Shown here one piece after another: positions 40,031 to 53,039 of a DNA stretch of 64,000 bases (position 1 is the stretch's first letter; each line of letters begins with the position of its first letter). The stretch lies in NCBI RefSeq assembly GCF_036365525.1, contig NC_090404.1:34586236-34650235 (forward strand), in the 5' to 3' direction. The stretch is from Heterodontus francisci (lineage: Eukaryota). Both the position numbers and the translations under genes were made by a program. Below the pieces are notes generated by a model that worked only from the letters and a program-made list of their open reading frames with translations, had not been told where the DNA came from and did not search any database.

Positions 40031-40826
40031 ATGCCAGTTCTTGAAGTTATCTTCACAGAATAATTCTTGGGTCTTTCCTGGGAATATATAAAGAATTCAG
40101 TGCCTTGTGTTGTCAGCAGATTGAAGCAGTTACATTCACGGCAAGTGGGACCATATTCGGGGAGCCAGAAATAACTGTGATATTCGGTTCCATTTTATAG
40201 GTACTAATTAAACACACTGATCAATCATTTTCATGATCCCCACGTACTGAAGAACGAAGAAGTAAAGGTGCAATCAAAGTGAGAGCAAGAATGATAGACT
40301 GCAAGAGAAACACAGAGACAGGACTTGTGAGAAGACCCGAAATCACCAACATATAGAATATCGTGGAAAGTTCAAGGTAAGATTTTTCTGTTGTTATTAT
40401 TATTATTGAAAGAGGGAGGTGCACATGCGGGGATTAAGTGCCACCATGCGGATGCTGCAAAGCTCTGGTGCGCCATTACATTGCCAGACCCGTGTTAAAT
40501 AAAATATGTTTTAACATCATTATTTTGTTTACTAATTCATGCATGAGTTAGAAGGCTCAGTAAGTTTGACAGATGGAAGCAGGAGGTTATAAAGGGGCAG
40601 GGATAGCCCGAGACAGTGGACAAAACTATGGCAAATGAAGCTCAATATGAGGAAGCGTCCACGGTGGAATTTTTTAATTCTTTGATGGGATGTGGGTGTC
40701 ACTGGTAAGGCCACTGTTTGTTGACCATCCATAATTGCCCGTTACAAAGTAGTGGTGAGACACCTGCTTGAACCACTGTGGACCATCTAGTGTCTGTACA
40801 CCCACAGTGTTGTAAGGAAGCGAGAT

Positions 40827-40898
40827 TCCCCGGCGGTCTAGTGATTAGGACTCAGCTCTCTCAGTGCTGTGGTCCAGGTTTGGATCCCAGTCAGGAAA
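40827..40898 (+). pseudogene. tRNA-Glu(CTC)-derived pseudogene or SINE head
   Basis: 72 nt TCCCCGGCGGTCTAGTGATTAGGACTCAGCTCTCTCAGTGCTGTGGTCCAGGTTTGGATCCCAGTCAGGAAA aligns without gaps to vertebrate tRNA-Glu-CTC. The B box (GTTCGA) and stems are damaged. Confidence 0.75.
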
Positions 40899-40974
40899 TG
40901 AAACCTTCTTGCTGCTGTGAGAACTGTCACACCTAACATAACTTCCTTGCTGAATAAAAACAGATTTGAGAATG

Positions 40975-41780
40975 GGAGGTAATGCATTTTGGAAGGTCTA
41001 ATGCAGGTGGGAAGTATACAGAAAATGGCAGAACCTTTAGGAGTATTGACAGGCAGAGAGATCTGGGCGGACAGGTCCACAGGTCACTGAAAGTGGCAAT
41101 GCAGGTGGATAAGGTAGTCAAGAAGGCATATGGCATGCTTGCCTTCATCGGTCGGGGCATAGAGTATAAAAATGGGCAAGTCATGCTGCAGCTGTACAGA
41201 ACTTTAGTTAGGCCACATTTAGAATATTGCGTGCAATTCTGGTCGCCACACTACCAGAAGGACGTGGAGGCTTTGGAGAGGGTACAGAAGAGGTTTACCA
41301 GGATGTTGCCTGGTCTGGAGGGCATTAGCTATGAGGAGAGGTTGGATAAACTCGGATTGTTTTCACTGGAACGACGAAGGTGGAGGGGCGACATGATAGA
41401 GGTTTACAAAGTTATAAGTGGCATGGACAGAGTGGATAGTCAGAAGCTTTTTCCCAGAGTGGTAGAGTCAGTTACTAGGGGACATAGATTTAAGGTGAGA
41501 GGGGAAAAGTTTAGAGGGGATGTGCGAGGCAAGTTCTTTACACAGAGGGTGGTGAGTGCCTGGAACTTGTTGCCAGGGGAGGTGGTGGAAGCAGGTACCA
41601 TAGAGACGTTTAAGAGGCATCTTGACAAATAGATGAATAGGATAGGAATAGCGGGATACGGACCCCGGAAGTGCAGAAGGTTTTAGTTTAGGCAGGCATC
41701 AAGATCGGCGCAGGCTAGGAGGGCCGAATGGCCTGTTCCTCTGCTGTACTGTTCTTTGTTCTTAGTTCTTTGTTCTTTGA
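40975..41780 (+). mobile_element. CR1 3' fragment, same subfamily as 24830-31370
   Basis: Near-identical to 30580-31370, including the tail. ORF 40982-41632. Confidence 0.92.
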
Positions 41781-44700
41781 GAAAGCCAAAAGTGACAGGT
41801 GAGGAACTGAATCTGAGCAAAGAATTTGAGGTGACCATGTGCACAACTCAATAAAGGTTAGTGGGCAAAGACAATAAGTATACAATAAACTAAAATGATT
41901 GTTGGCCTTTAGATGAATGAAGCTGAAATAAAAAGGAGAGGAAGTTCTGTTTCAGTTGTATCGGGTCTTGCTCAGACCCCATGTGAAATACTGTGTTCAT
42001 TTCTGAGCACCATACCTCCATTGGCTTTGGGTGTGTATTGTGAAGATTTAACAAAATGTTTAAAGAATTAAATTGCAAGAACAGATTGCTCAAGCTTAGT
42101 TTGTATTCATTTAAGTTTAGAAGGATGAGCAGTGATCTAATGGAAGTGATTAAAATGATAAAACAGGCTAGAGATGGTGAAACTATTTAGTTTGCTTGGA
42201 ATATTCTCGAACAAAGAGACACAATCATGCAATTCGAGGCAGGTCATTCAAGAGTGAAATTAGGAAGTGTTTTTTTCTACATAATGTCCTGGAAATCTGG
42301 AGCACACCATCAAAAGTTAATGGATCCTGAGAAAATTTAAATTTTCAAGACTGAGTTTGATAGTTATTTGGCAGGTGAGGGTATCAAGAGATATAGATCT
42401 AAGGCGGATAAATGCAGGCGGGACAGAGATTAGTCAGGATCTAATTGAATGGAGGAACTGCCTGCATTGGACCTGGATGTTCCGAAGCTCTGATATTACT
42501 CCAATAGCAGCAATTGGTCACTAGATGGAGCATAATACAGTCAGAGAAAATGAAGGTTCTTGACACAAATGTACCATTAACGGAGATCACAAACTGAGCT
42601 CTGGTGACATTGTGACAAATCATTCTGTCAGCTGGTAAATTGGCTTTAGTTTCTGGTTTTTTTAAAGGTCAAGGGTCAGAATTGTGTTATGGAATTGTTC
42701 AAGAAGTTCTCCTGAATTCCTTTTCAGTAGTATGTTGTTGTTCCGTTAACCCTTCCATTTGAAACAGATACTTGACACCTGCCCAAACTAGCGCAGATAT
42801 TATTCAGGGTGAATTTGCTGGTGTTGTTTCAGATTATATGAAAGGGAAGAAGCAGGTTGGTGAAGCCTGGTGCAGGTTAATTTGTTCTGACAATAACAGC
42901 AATTGGCAACAATTTTTATTGGATCCCATCCCCCTGCTCCTAGACTTCACTTACATTGCCTTCAGGCTATCGGACTTAATGTCACACTTTTGCTTGTTTT
43001 ACTCTGCTTTTTTATACTCTGAGGGATATTAACTTCCCGGTGATTTCTCAGTGTGTGGAAAATTCCCATTTTAGAGAGCATGTGAACCTATTTATTTTCA
43101 GCAGGACTGTGCTTCCGCCCGTGTAGCACTCAAATACATTTCCTCCAAAATGGTGAAGACTCTGTATGCAGTGAATTTCATTACAGGATCGCCTGGCTCC
43201 GTCGCCATAACTTTGGAGGTTCCATCAAAGATTCCCCTGCAAAGTTGGAGAAGGTCCAAGCAGGGTGCAACTTTGATCAGCTGTTTAATGAACTATTAGC
43301 GAGTATTTACTTTATTTTGTACCTTATAATCCCCTTAAGTGGCTTGGTGTCAATATGTGCTTCATCACGTTCCTATGAAGCGACTTGGGACGTTTTACAA
43401 CGTAGCAGGGCTACATAAATGAAAGGTGTTGTTGTAAGTTAGGGAAAACATTTCAAATAAACATGTCAACTCTTGCCATAAAACAGGGATAATGGGGCAC
43501 CATGGGAAGGTATGAAACAATGAAGTAATACCAAGAAAAGTTTACGTGCTAAATCTTTCTGGTCATTTTAATGCTGTGCCACTGGAAATTGCTGATTGTG
43601 ATATTAGTGCAGCAATACCTTGGTGTGATATCCTTTGAATATTGTATCAATCGAGACACGACAGGTTTAAATTAAATGGCTTCAAATTTCAAATAATGTA
43701 ATAAGGGAGAGCCACAGAGAGGCACTAAGTCCGTGTAGGGGAATATCACAAGCAGCAATTTCCAGTTGTTAGTTCAGCAGCTGTGTTGAATTGAAAGAGT
43801 CATTCCGGTGAATTGTTAATTAGATTTCTGTGTTGTTAATGAATGAATCAATTCATCATAATAATCACCAGAAACTGATGCTAAGACTGAATACTCAATG
43901 TCTTAGATACATGGATCTTGTTGTATTAATTCTTATTCTGTTAATAGTGAGATTGGGTTAATTGTCCTGGTTATTTCTCATGCTCCAGTAACACACTCAG
44001 TCCTCCGGATTGTCTGGTCATAATATCAGTAGTAAATAACTGGGATTCGGTAAGCTGGCTATTCGATTGATTTTAATACCCAGATGACTCTATTTTCAGG
44101 TGTAGCGTTTATGATACTTATAGATGAGTTTCACTAACTTAATCATCAAACTAAAAGGTGAATAAAAGGTATAAAAATGGCTAGTTTTAAACTGAGGGCA
44201 TTTATTTAAGAAATTAAATAACAGAATGCAGCAATGTATTTTATTATATTCTAAAGCTTTGCGTTTACAGTGTTGAAAAGTAATGAATGAACGATAACAC
44301 AGTAGTAACATTCAAATATGAGCATAAAATTAGCATAAGACCATTCAATTTCCAAAAAAATAGGAATTAGACACATGTCCCCATTATTTCTTAAAATTCA
44401 ATTCAGCAAACCGGTGCAAATACTGTCAGGAAAGGCATCAAAGGATCTGAAACCAAGGCAAGGCAATGGAGTTAGGGGACAGATCAGCCATGATCTAATT
44501 GGATGGCTGAGCAGGCGCGAGTTACTGAATGGCCTATTCCTGTTCCTTCTGTCCCTATATCACATTAAAAACAAAATGGATTCTAATATCGCATTTTCAC
44601 TCAATTTATATAGCAGTTCTGGAGATAATCAAGATAATCCAGGATTTTTATCTGTATTAATATAGAAGGGAGACTCCATCTTTTAGCTCTGGGTAGTGAC

Positions 44701-45819
44701 GTTGTACAGGCTCTGATATTGGTTGTCCCTGCTTGGTATGTCTTGACAGATTGTGAATGGACCATTTCTTAAAATGTCAGAAATAGGGCCTCAGAGAAAT
44801 TGATTTGCAGGCAGATATGATCTCGCGGGAACAAACCTCCTGAGGAATTCTTAACCATGGGTTGAAAAAAGGCATCAGATTTACAACACTTTTCCTGACA
44901 TGTGTTAAAGGGCAGTCACAGTGTTCTTTATTTTCCATTGGGGTTTTACATGGATATAAGGCCCTGAGACTATGTCAGAAATCATTGCAGATCTTCCTTG
45001 TTTTACATTGGTAAAGGAAGATGTACCGCTGTGCTCCTCTGGGCGCCATATGTAGAGAGAACATAAAGATGCTCTTGGAGATTTCCTCTGTTATGGATCA
45101 GTAACGAAATCATTACCACATTCAGCGACGATCGCTTCCTGATTCCGCAAGAAATGTTGAGCAGATGAAATTTTCACAAATACAGCTGTGTTGTCAATGC
45201 AAACAGCGACCAGAGGAATTCTTACTCTTTCTACAGATTTTATTTGCAATCTGAACAACCACGTGATTTTCGGATTATTTCAATGCGTTTTTTGTTCTTG
45301 CCCATAGGGAATCCCTGGACCCTCTGTGCAGCCCAATCCAAGATTAACGGGGAAGATCCGCACCCATGGAAGTGTGTCGACAAGCTCACAATCGTGGTAG
45401 GAATGTTTATCTGTTTACTATTCCCAGTGACATCGTGATCACATATTTAGCTAATAACAGACAGAGGAAACACTCCCACTATTTCAAGATGCTGCTAACA
45501 CATAATAATAATTTCTCCTCAGTTTAGTTTAATTGAATCTGCGGGATTTTCCCAGTTCACTGGTTTGTTGCAGTTACGAGGAATTCTATTTAACACTACT
45601 ACATAATGAAGCAAGAGTTAAGGCATGAGGTATTGGTAGAAAATGAAGCAAACAGTTTTCATGGTTTGGCTGAGACTATATAAAATGAAGTGGTGCAGTG
45701 GAGCAGACAATAACAGTGAGAAAGTGAAGCAATTCAGTCCCGTCTGTCCTCAGCATCTGATGAAAGTTCCCACTCAAGCCTTGAATACAAAGCGGAAGTG
45801 CCTTCTGGCAAAACAGCCG

Positions 45820-45828
45820 CTAGTTCAC
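45820..45828 (-). CDS. IgNAR: IgNAR TM2 exon coding part (VN*), cytoplasmic tail KVN
   Basis: Strong acceptor tctgcttattttttcactgcag|GTG AAC TAG, phase 0 matching the TM1 donor. Analogous to the two-codon VK* TM2 of IgM/IgD. Confidence 0.75.
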   Translation of the reverse strand: MN

Positions 45829-47149
45829 CTGCAGTGAAAAAATAAGCAGAATGATAAACCAGTGAGTACCAGAGTGAGACAGCTAAGGTGTAATTACACT
45901 GAATAGTCAAAAGCATGCAACCGAAAGCAAAATGATTGGCTACTGTTATGAAATGGGAGGATATTTCTGAACTTTCACAGCTACCCTCTAAAAATGATTG
46001 ACCACAAGCCCTGAGTCCTGAAAGCCTCACTAGTCGTGTATCTCCGTGAGTGTTTAAATTACAAGGGAATCATTTGTTACCTGTCATACATAGATACAAT
46101 TTCCAGTAAAATACAACTGTTCATGTGAATTGTTGCTGAACTCAGAACGAATCTAGTATCGTCTCTAAGTTTCCAAGCCTTCCGGTGAAGTGTTTAGAGG
46201 TATTGTTCTCACGCGGTGAGTAAGTGTATGCAGTTCTGACTTAATGTTATGTACCATGTCCTATGTTTTAGATAATACTTTGATTTCAAATGAGCGATAT
46301 TACAGCTAAATTGTAAAACATGCCGGAATTGCGGGAGTAGAAAAGTGCAGTTGGTTGAAGTAAAGAACGTTCCCTGTAGTGCGATCAAAGGACTGGAGAG
46401 ATGCTCAAAGGCATTGTCGTATTATTAATGGCTGATATGTGTAAAGACAGCGTGATAATGCAGATTTACACTCTATATTTAAAATAAGGAATGAAGAATT
46501 GATAATGACAGTAGGAAATTAAGGGTAGAATGACTGACATTGGAAGAGGAACTGAATTGCAGTCTCGCACCCTTGTCTAATTATCTCCAACTCTCTATCT
46601 GTGAAGACAACACTTACTCTCGATTTTCCTTCTGTAATGCCATGGGAATTCTGTACGTGTGAGTATGCGAGAAATAGAGTTAGGTAGATGCACGTATAGA
46701 GAGAGGGAGATGGAAAAAGAAAGAAAAGACACGCCATCATTCACATTTTACTTTAATTGTTTACATTTTGATGAATTGCAGCTTATTTAGTTTTAGGCAC
46801 ATTTTCTGACTCTGTCAAAAGTAGTGTCACTGCACTGGCTTTCCACAGAGTTAAACCCAAATGTAATCTACGAGTTAAGCCTCAATTTAAGAGGGCAGGA
46901 TTAATTGGGCAATGAGCTAGTATGAATCCTGTCTTCATCTGGAGGTTCTGACTGGTTCCAATTCTAATAGTTTGACTTTGATCATGTTCCTTTTCCATGA
47001 AAAGCAATCTCCTAGAATGCTATAAATCCTACACTATAATGCTCCAAGCAGTTTAGATAACATATGGTCCATTTGTTTTTGAAGGCAGTAGCAAAATATT
47101 ACTTTTGTTGTTGTTTATCATTGTCCTTATCCTCCACTGATGTGGACCC

Positions 47150-48730
47150 ACACTCTATTTTAAATGCAATTGAGGCAGCATAGAATTGAATGTAACCTAT
47201 TGATTTAGGTAGGGAATTGGTGACGATGTCAGAGACAAAGAGTAGTTGATAATAGGAATATGTTCCATTTGAAGAATGTGACAAGTGAAGTTCCTAGGGG
47301 ATCTGTACGGGTCGATCAGTTTTTCAGTATATTTATCAACGATGTAGATGAAAAGAGGGCAGGAGATCCAAGTTTACTAACGACACTAAGTAGAGCGGTA
47401 AATAGTTTAGATGGGAACAGGACGTTGCAAAGGGACTTTAGTGGATTAAATGATTAGTCAAAACAGTGGTAAATGAAATTCCGTGTGGGGAAATGTGAGG
47501 CATTTAGTTTGGAGTTGAGGAAGACAGATCAGATTTTTAAAACATGATGAAAAACTGGGAATTGTGGAGGTGCAGAGAAATTTAGGTGTCCAATTGTAGA
47601 AATCACGACATACTTGCGGGCAGGTATGAACAATGATTAAAAGGTTGTTTTCTATTTCAAGGGGGTTGGAATTCAAAGGGGTGGAAGTTCTTCTGTATTT
47701 GTATAAAGCTCTGACACAGATGGGGAGACAGTTTTTGGCAAACGATGCAGGGGAATATATATTTTTTTTTTACGCAGCGGATGGTAATGAAGTAGAACTT
47801 GCTGCTCAAAGGGTGGTGGAAGAAGAGATGATCAATGACTTCAAGAAGAAGTTAGACGGCCACCTGAGAGAAATAGGCTTACAGGGCTATGGGGATTGAG
47901 CTGGGAAGTGGGACACATAGATCCATGGAGAACCAGCATTGGCTCAATAGGCTGAATGGTCTCCTTCTCTGCTGTAAATGACTCTATGACTCTATAATTA
48001 TTACACTCAGTTATGCGCACAGACCCTCAGGAGAGATATATTGGTTTTGAAGAGGGTGCAGCATTAATTGTCCATACTGGGGCTGAAAGCATTGCAATTA
48101 TGAGGACAGGTTGCATAGATTCGGATTGTGTTTTCTTAAAGAGAAAAGATTAAGTGGTCATCTATTTGAGCTAAAAACAAGGAATGCTAGAAATACTCAG
48201 CGGGTCTGGCAGCATCTGTGGAGAGAGAAGCTTCTCTCTGCTTCTCTCTCCACAGAAGCTGCCAGACCTGCTGAGTATTACCAGCATTTCTTGTTTTTAT
48301 TTCCGATTTCCAGCATCTGCAGTATTTTGCTTTCATCTCATTGAGCTGTTTAGTATGACTGAAGAATTTGTTAGGCTACATACTACATAGAGAGAAATTC
48401 TATCCTCTGATGAGGGAGTCCAGAACAAGGCAGGAATAATATTAAAATTAGCGCTAGGCCGTTCGGGGATAATGCCAGGAAATATTTCTTCATACAAACG
48501 GTAGTGGAAATCTGGAATTCGTTTCCCTAAAAGCTGTTGAGGTTGGGAGCCAAGTAAAAAAATTCAAAACCCAAGGTTGATACGTTTTTGTTAGGTAAGA
48601 TTATTAAAAGACATGGAACGAAGTTGTATATATCTAGTTAAGATACGGAGCAGCCATTTTGCAACTCAGTTGCGGAGCAGGTTCGTCGATTTAACTGCTG
48701 CAATTTTCTCCTATCCTTCCATGGCCAATG
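47150..48730 (+). mobile_element. Old CR1 fragments in TM1-TM2 intron
   Basis: VTSEVPRGSV, IFIND, ISRGLEFKG..VLLYLYKAL and 3' tails. Confidence 0.7.
48172..48333. mobile_element. Fold-back Penelope terminal fragment with ~13-bp TSD
   Basis: 48172-48230 is the reverse complement of 48240-48299, and the sequence matches the PLE end at 28795-28890. Flanked by catctatttgagc and catctcattgagc. Confidence 0.8.
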
Positions 48731-49655
48731 TTTCCCATGTTCCTGTGTAACAACCTCACATGCACTTTTAACTTACTTATTTTTCTTTATGTATCTGAAG
48801 AACATTTGATATCATCCTTCACATCCCCAGCAATTGTTTCCTACCACACATTGCATTTTATAATTTCATTATCTCTTTTTTTTGCTGGTTTTATAATGCT
48901 GCCGGCTATCAAACCTGACAATCTTTTTGCCTTAACCTTCCATATTTTGGTTTGATACTTGCACGAATTGTTGTCTTTCAAGGTAATGTGATCCCCCATT
49001 TAGAATTTCTCTTCCTGTGATTGTGTAAGTTGTGTTCGCTGATCAACTTCTTGAATACATTGCACCGTTTTTTCATCGATTTAACAACTGCAATTTTCTC
49101 CTGTCCTTCCATGGTCAATGCTTTCTTCATCACTTCACAGTTATCAGCATCCCATGATTCTGAAATCATGCTTTCCAGCTCTCTTCATGGTGATCCAGCT
49201 TTACTTGCAAACCTTTGCTTTGGTCGTTCTTTCTCTCTCTCTCTCTCAAAACTATTATGTTCATTATTCTCGGGATGGTTCGCTAACTATTTCTGACTTA
49301 TTACTCATAAACATTTAGTGAATCTTTTTCCTGTTGTTTTGCTTCTAATGACCGACAATCTACTTGTAAAGTAATTCTTTCCATTATTGATGTCTGCTGC
49401 TTCCTATATGTTCTATTAATTCTCGTCTGCATGTATTCCTCGGCAAAGTCATCTTCTTCAGGAAGTTTAGTCAATGTGCCATTTAATCACATGGAAAGGA
49501 CTGATGAAGTCCAATCTTAAACTGTGGGACCTTAGGAATTATTATTCTTTTGGGATATTTAGTTCATTATTTTCACCTTAGCTACATCCAAGGTATAAAC
49601 CCAACTTCCTAGTCAATTTGCACAATGTCACAGTGTTATTGAAATTTGTTATTAC

Positions 49656-49813
49656 CTTAAGGACGGTTACAAATGTGCTGTACAATATACTGAGGATAAA
49701 CAGGAGGACAAAAGCGAACACTGTTGAGGCAGAGCTTGCATCCTCATCGAAGTTTTCTAATCCTTCTTCCTCTACCTCGAGGTCTTCTGGATTTTCCATT
49801 ATTTGAGGAGTTT
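49656..49813 (-). CDS. IgNAR: IgNAR transmembrane exon TM1
   Basis: Acceptor atttattctag|AA (phase 1), donor AAG|gtaata (phase 0), 158 nt. Acidic spacer ETPQIMENPEDLEVEEEGLENFDED plus TM helix ASSASTVFAFVLLFILSILYSTFVTVLK with the conserved Ig F..LF..S..YS..VT pattern. Confidence 0.9.
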
Positions 49814-50419
49814 CTAGAATAAATAGATGGATATTGGTATAAATGTGTTCATGGTGTAAACAGAATACATACAAAGAACTGCACTAACCTGAAAACCGGC
49901 AATCACGAGGTAAATGATGCATCAGAAGCTGAATGACCGAATATGAGAAAGTAGCTCAAACGTCAACCAGCCCAATGCCCGTTAAAGTGAATTTCTGAAC
50001 AATGGAGAAAGGCATGTATTGTGTGGTGATAGTAGAGGTCAGGCAGAGTATACAGGAGAGAGGATTGATTAAAGACGTTATATATCCATCCTTTTCATGT
50101 TCCAGTAGGGAAAAAAATGCTTTATGATACTGATTAGAGCGTGTGATTAAACTTAATTTGTCTTTTGACAGCTGATAATGACAATAATTAATGAAAATCT
50201 ACTTAAAAGAAATAAACTCGGCAACTTTTGAACAGAAGTGTGTCCTGATTATAGAATTAAATCCCTTGCAGTTCACATGTGAAATTTAGTTCCGAAATCA
50301 GCATGAAAACTGAAGCGGGCTGATATTTTGGCTTAAGATGCATCTTTGCCTGATCAGCGCAGTTTATGTTCGAAATCGGAAATCTATCAACATTTTGCAG
50401 CAAAGTAGATTCAGACAAG

Positions 50420-50785
50420 CTTCATTTTTTCTGCCGTTCACACTCTCTCCACTGATGCTTCGTCTTTAATTACAAGCATTAACACACTCTGCCTTTATCC
50501 CAGGACAGCTTTGTTATTTAACCTCTCCTGCCCTCTGCCCTATCACAGACCTTTCCCTTTGTTCTCTTCCCCACTACCCCACCACCATACCCTCCTCACC
50601 CCCTCCCTCACTTAGTTAAAACATAATTCTTTTCTAACCTTTGCCAGTTCTGATGAAAGGTCACTGACCTGAAACTTTAACTCTGCTTCTGTCTCCACTG
50701 ATACTGTCTAACCTGTTGAGTATTTCCAGCACTTTCTGTTTTTATTTCAGATTTCCAGCATCTACAGTATTATGCTTTTATTTTA
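50420..50785 (+). mobile_element. Penelope-like element 3' repeat fragment with hammerhead-like core (50646-50682)
   Basis: Colinear with 28600-28893. Reads agtt-CTGATGA-A-AGGTC act GACCT-GAAA-ctttaact; the stem III palindrome is mutated. Confidence 0.75.
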
Positions 50786-51129
50786 GATAAAGACAAGTTC
50801 TGTTTTAGGATTTCAATTCATTATTTTACATTACCATCTGCACAATAAGGTTAGACCCATCTCACTGTTAATAGATTCAGTTGTTATTTACCAGGCTGGT
50901 GCTGCCATACTCTTAGGTTTCATACTCAAGATTTGATATATTACTGTTACAATTATCTATTTACTCGGCTGGTATTGTATTGTGGAATCAATAGCACATC
51001 ATATCGTATATTCCTATAAGATGTCTCCAATATTCTGGAACAGAAACACAAAATGTCTGGTTACTTTATGCTTTCTGTCTTGGATTCAGTGATAAAACTG
51101 AAGTTAACAATTCCCTTCTACTGACAATC

Positions 51130-52370
51130 ATAGAACCATCAAATCATAGAATCCTTGCAGCACTGAAGGAGATCATTCAGACTGCAGTATCCATGCTGGA
51201 TCGCTGCCAGAGCAACTCACCTAGTCCCACTCCCCTGCTTGTTCCTATAGCACTGCATTTCCTTTTTCTCTTCAGGTGCTTATCCAATTGTGAGGACAGT
51301 TTTGAATCCTTTTGGATTGAATCTGCTTCCACCACACTCTCAGGGAATACATACCAGATCATAACCACTCGCTGCATAAAAAAGGTTTTGTCTCTCTGGA
51401 ACCATTCTCATAAATGTTTTCCACATCCTTTCTAATGTCTTCACATCCTTCCTAAACTGTGGTTCCCAGAATTTGGCGCAATACTCCAGTTAAGATCGAA
51501 ACAGTGTTTTATAAAGGTTCACCATAACTTCCTTTCTTTCATACTCTGTGCCTTTATTTATAAGGCCTAGGATCCCGTCTGCCTTTCTTTATGCACTTTC
51601 TCAACCTGCTCTGCCACCTTCAACGAATTGTGCACGTATACCCCCAGGTCTCTCTCATCCTGAATCCCCTTTAGAATTTTACCCTTTAGTTTCCATTGGC
51701 TTTCCTCGTTTTTCCTAGCAAAATTTATCACTTCACATCTCTGAATTATGTTTAATCTGCCACTTGTCCGCCCATTACAATAGGCTGTCTATTCCCTCTT
51801 GAAGTCTATCACCATCTTTCTCACAATTTACAATATTGCCCAGTTTTGTCTCATTCGCAAATTTTAAAATTGTGTCCGGCACAACATAGTCATGGTCATT
51901 AATATCTATCAAGTAAAGCAGTGGTCCTAGTACTGACCCCCTGGAGAACTTCACTTTATATGCTCCTACAATCTGAAAAAGAACCATTCACCACTATTCT
52001 CTGATTCCTATAACTCAGCCAACTTTGTATCCATGCTGCCACTATCCCTATTATTCCATGGGTTTCAACTTTGTGGAAAAGCATCTTATGTAGCACTTTA
52101 AGAAACGCCTTTTGGAATTCTATATACATCACATCAGATGCATTACCTTCATCAACCTTCTCTGCTACCTCATCAAAAACTCAATCAAGTTAGTCAAACA
52201 CGATTTTACCTTAACAAATCCTTGCTGTCTTTCCTTAAATATTCCACATTTGTCCAAGCGACTGTTAATTTTGTCCTGGATCAGCGTTTCTAAAAAGCAT
52301 TCCCACCATTACAGTTAAAATGACTAGCCTGTTGTTGCTGGACTTATCTAATATCATTTACTGAACAGCA
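51130..52370 (-). mobile_element. CR1 fragments in C5-TM1 intron
   Basis: [16 protein letters not shown]...KFANETK, QRVVMIW and a 3' tail at 51130. Confidence 0.8.
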
Positions 52371-52525
52371 ATGTATTTCAAGTCAAGTCTTGGCTTATGT
52401 AGTTATAGGGTTATGGTAATCCGAGCCGAGGCATCTTTGTGTGTGTGGGGGGTGGGGGTGTGTGGCTGTTGGGGGAGGTAGAGGGGAGGGGGGGATATCT
52501 TATGTGATTAGAGGGCTACCTTTAT

Positions 52526-52990
52526 ATTTGCATTACGTTCAGACTGTTGGAACCTGAGTCCAAAATTATCATAACCACAGGAGTCACTGACCTGACGTAG
52601 AGTAAATGTTGTCATATTATAAATCCAAAGATCTCAAATCCTGGGTTACAGTCTGAAGTTTTATTCTAGATTGAACTGACAGGTCATATCTTCTTAACAA
52701 CAGCTGACCAGGGGATAAATTCAACACCCCAAGCAAATCCTCCTAATTTTACAATGTGAAAGCGAGAGCTGAACATGGGTTGGTTATACGTGTCCATATG
52801 CACTTCCTTAGCTGATGAGATATTGTGGGATTAGGCGACCCAGAGATAGTTTGATAACAAAGTGAAATACAGCCTGCTAACACTGCACAACCGGACGTGA
52901 GCCAACTCTGATGAATGAAGCGGGGTCCACTCACAAATTTGCATCATGAGAAACACAGATACCAATTTGCTGACTAAATTAGTGCATCTG
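52526..52990. promoter_or_regulatory. Candidate B-cell enhancer in C5-TM1 intron
   Basis: Two perfect octamers ATTTGCAT (52526-33, 52937-44), an Ets/PU.1-like CACTTCCT (52801-08) and E-boxes CAGCTG (52701) and CATATG (52795), in apparently non-repeat sequence. Confidence 0.35.
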
Positions 52991-53039
52991 ACCACAAGCT
53001 GAATGAACAGCATCCATCATGCATCGATGGCAGAGTAAG

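Noticed and set aside
48686-49120. ~45-bp direct repeat (48686-48730 and 49076-49120)
   Set aside because: Sits at a junction of old repeat remnants; no evidence of function.
22698-49640. CACAGTG heptamers (e.g. near 22698, 40803, 44917, 49629) as V(D)J recombination signals
   Set aside because: No nonamer at 12/23 spacing and no adjacent V, D or J coding segment.
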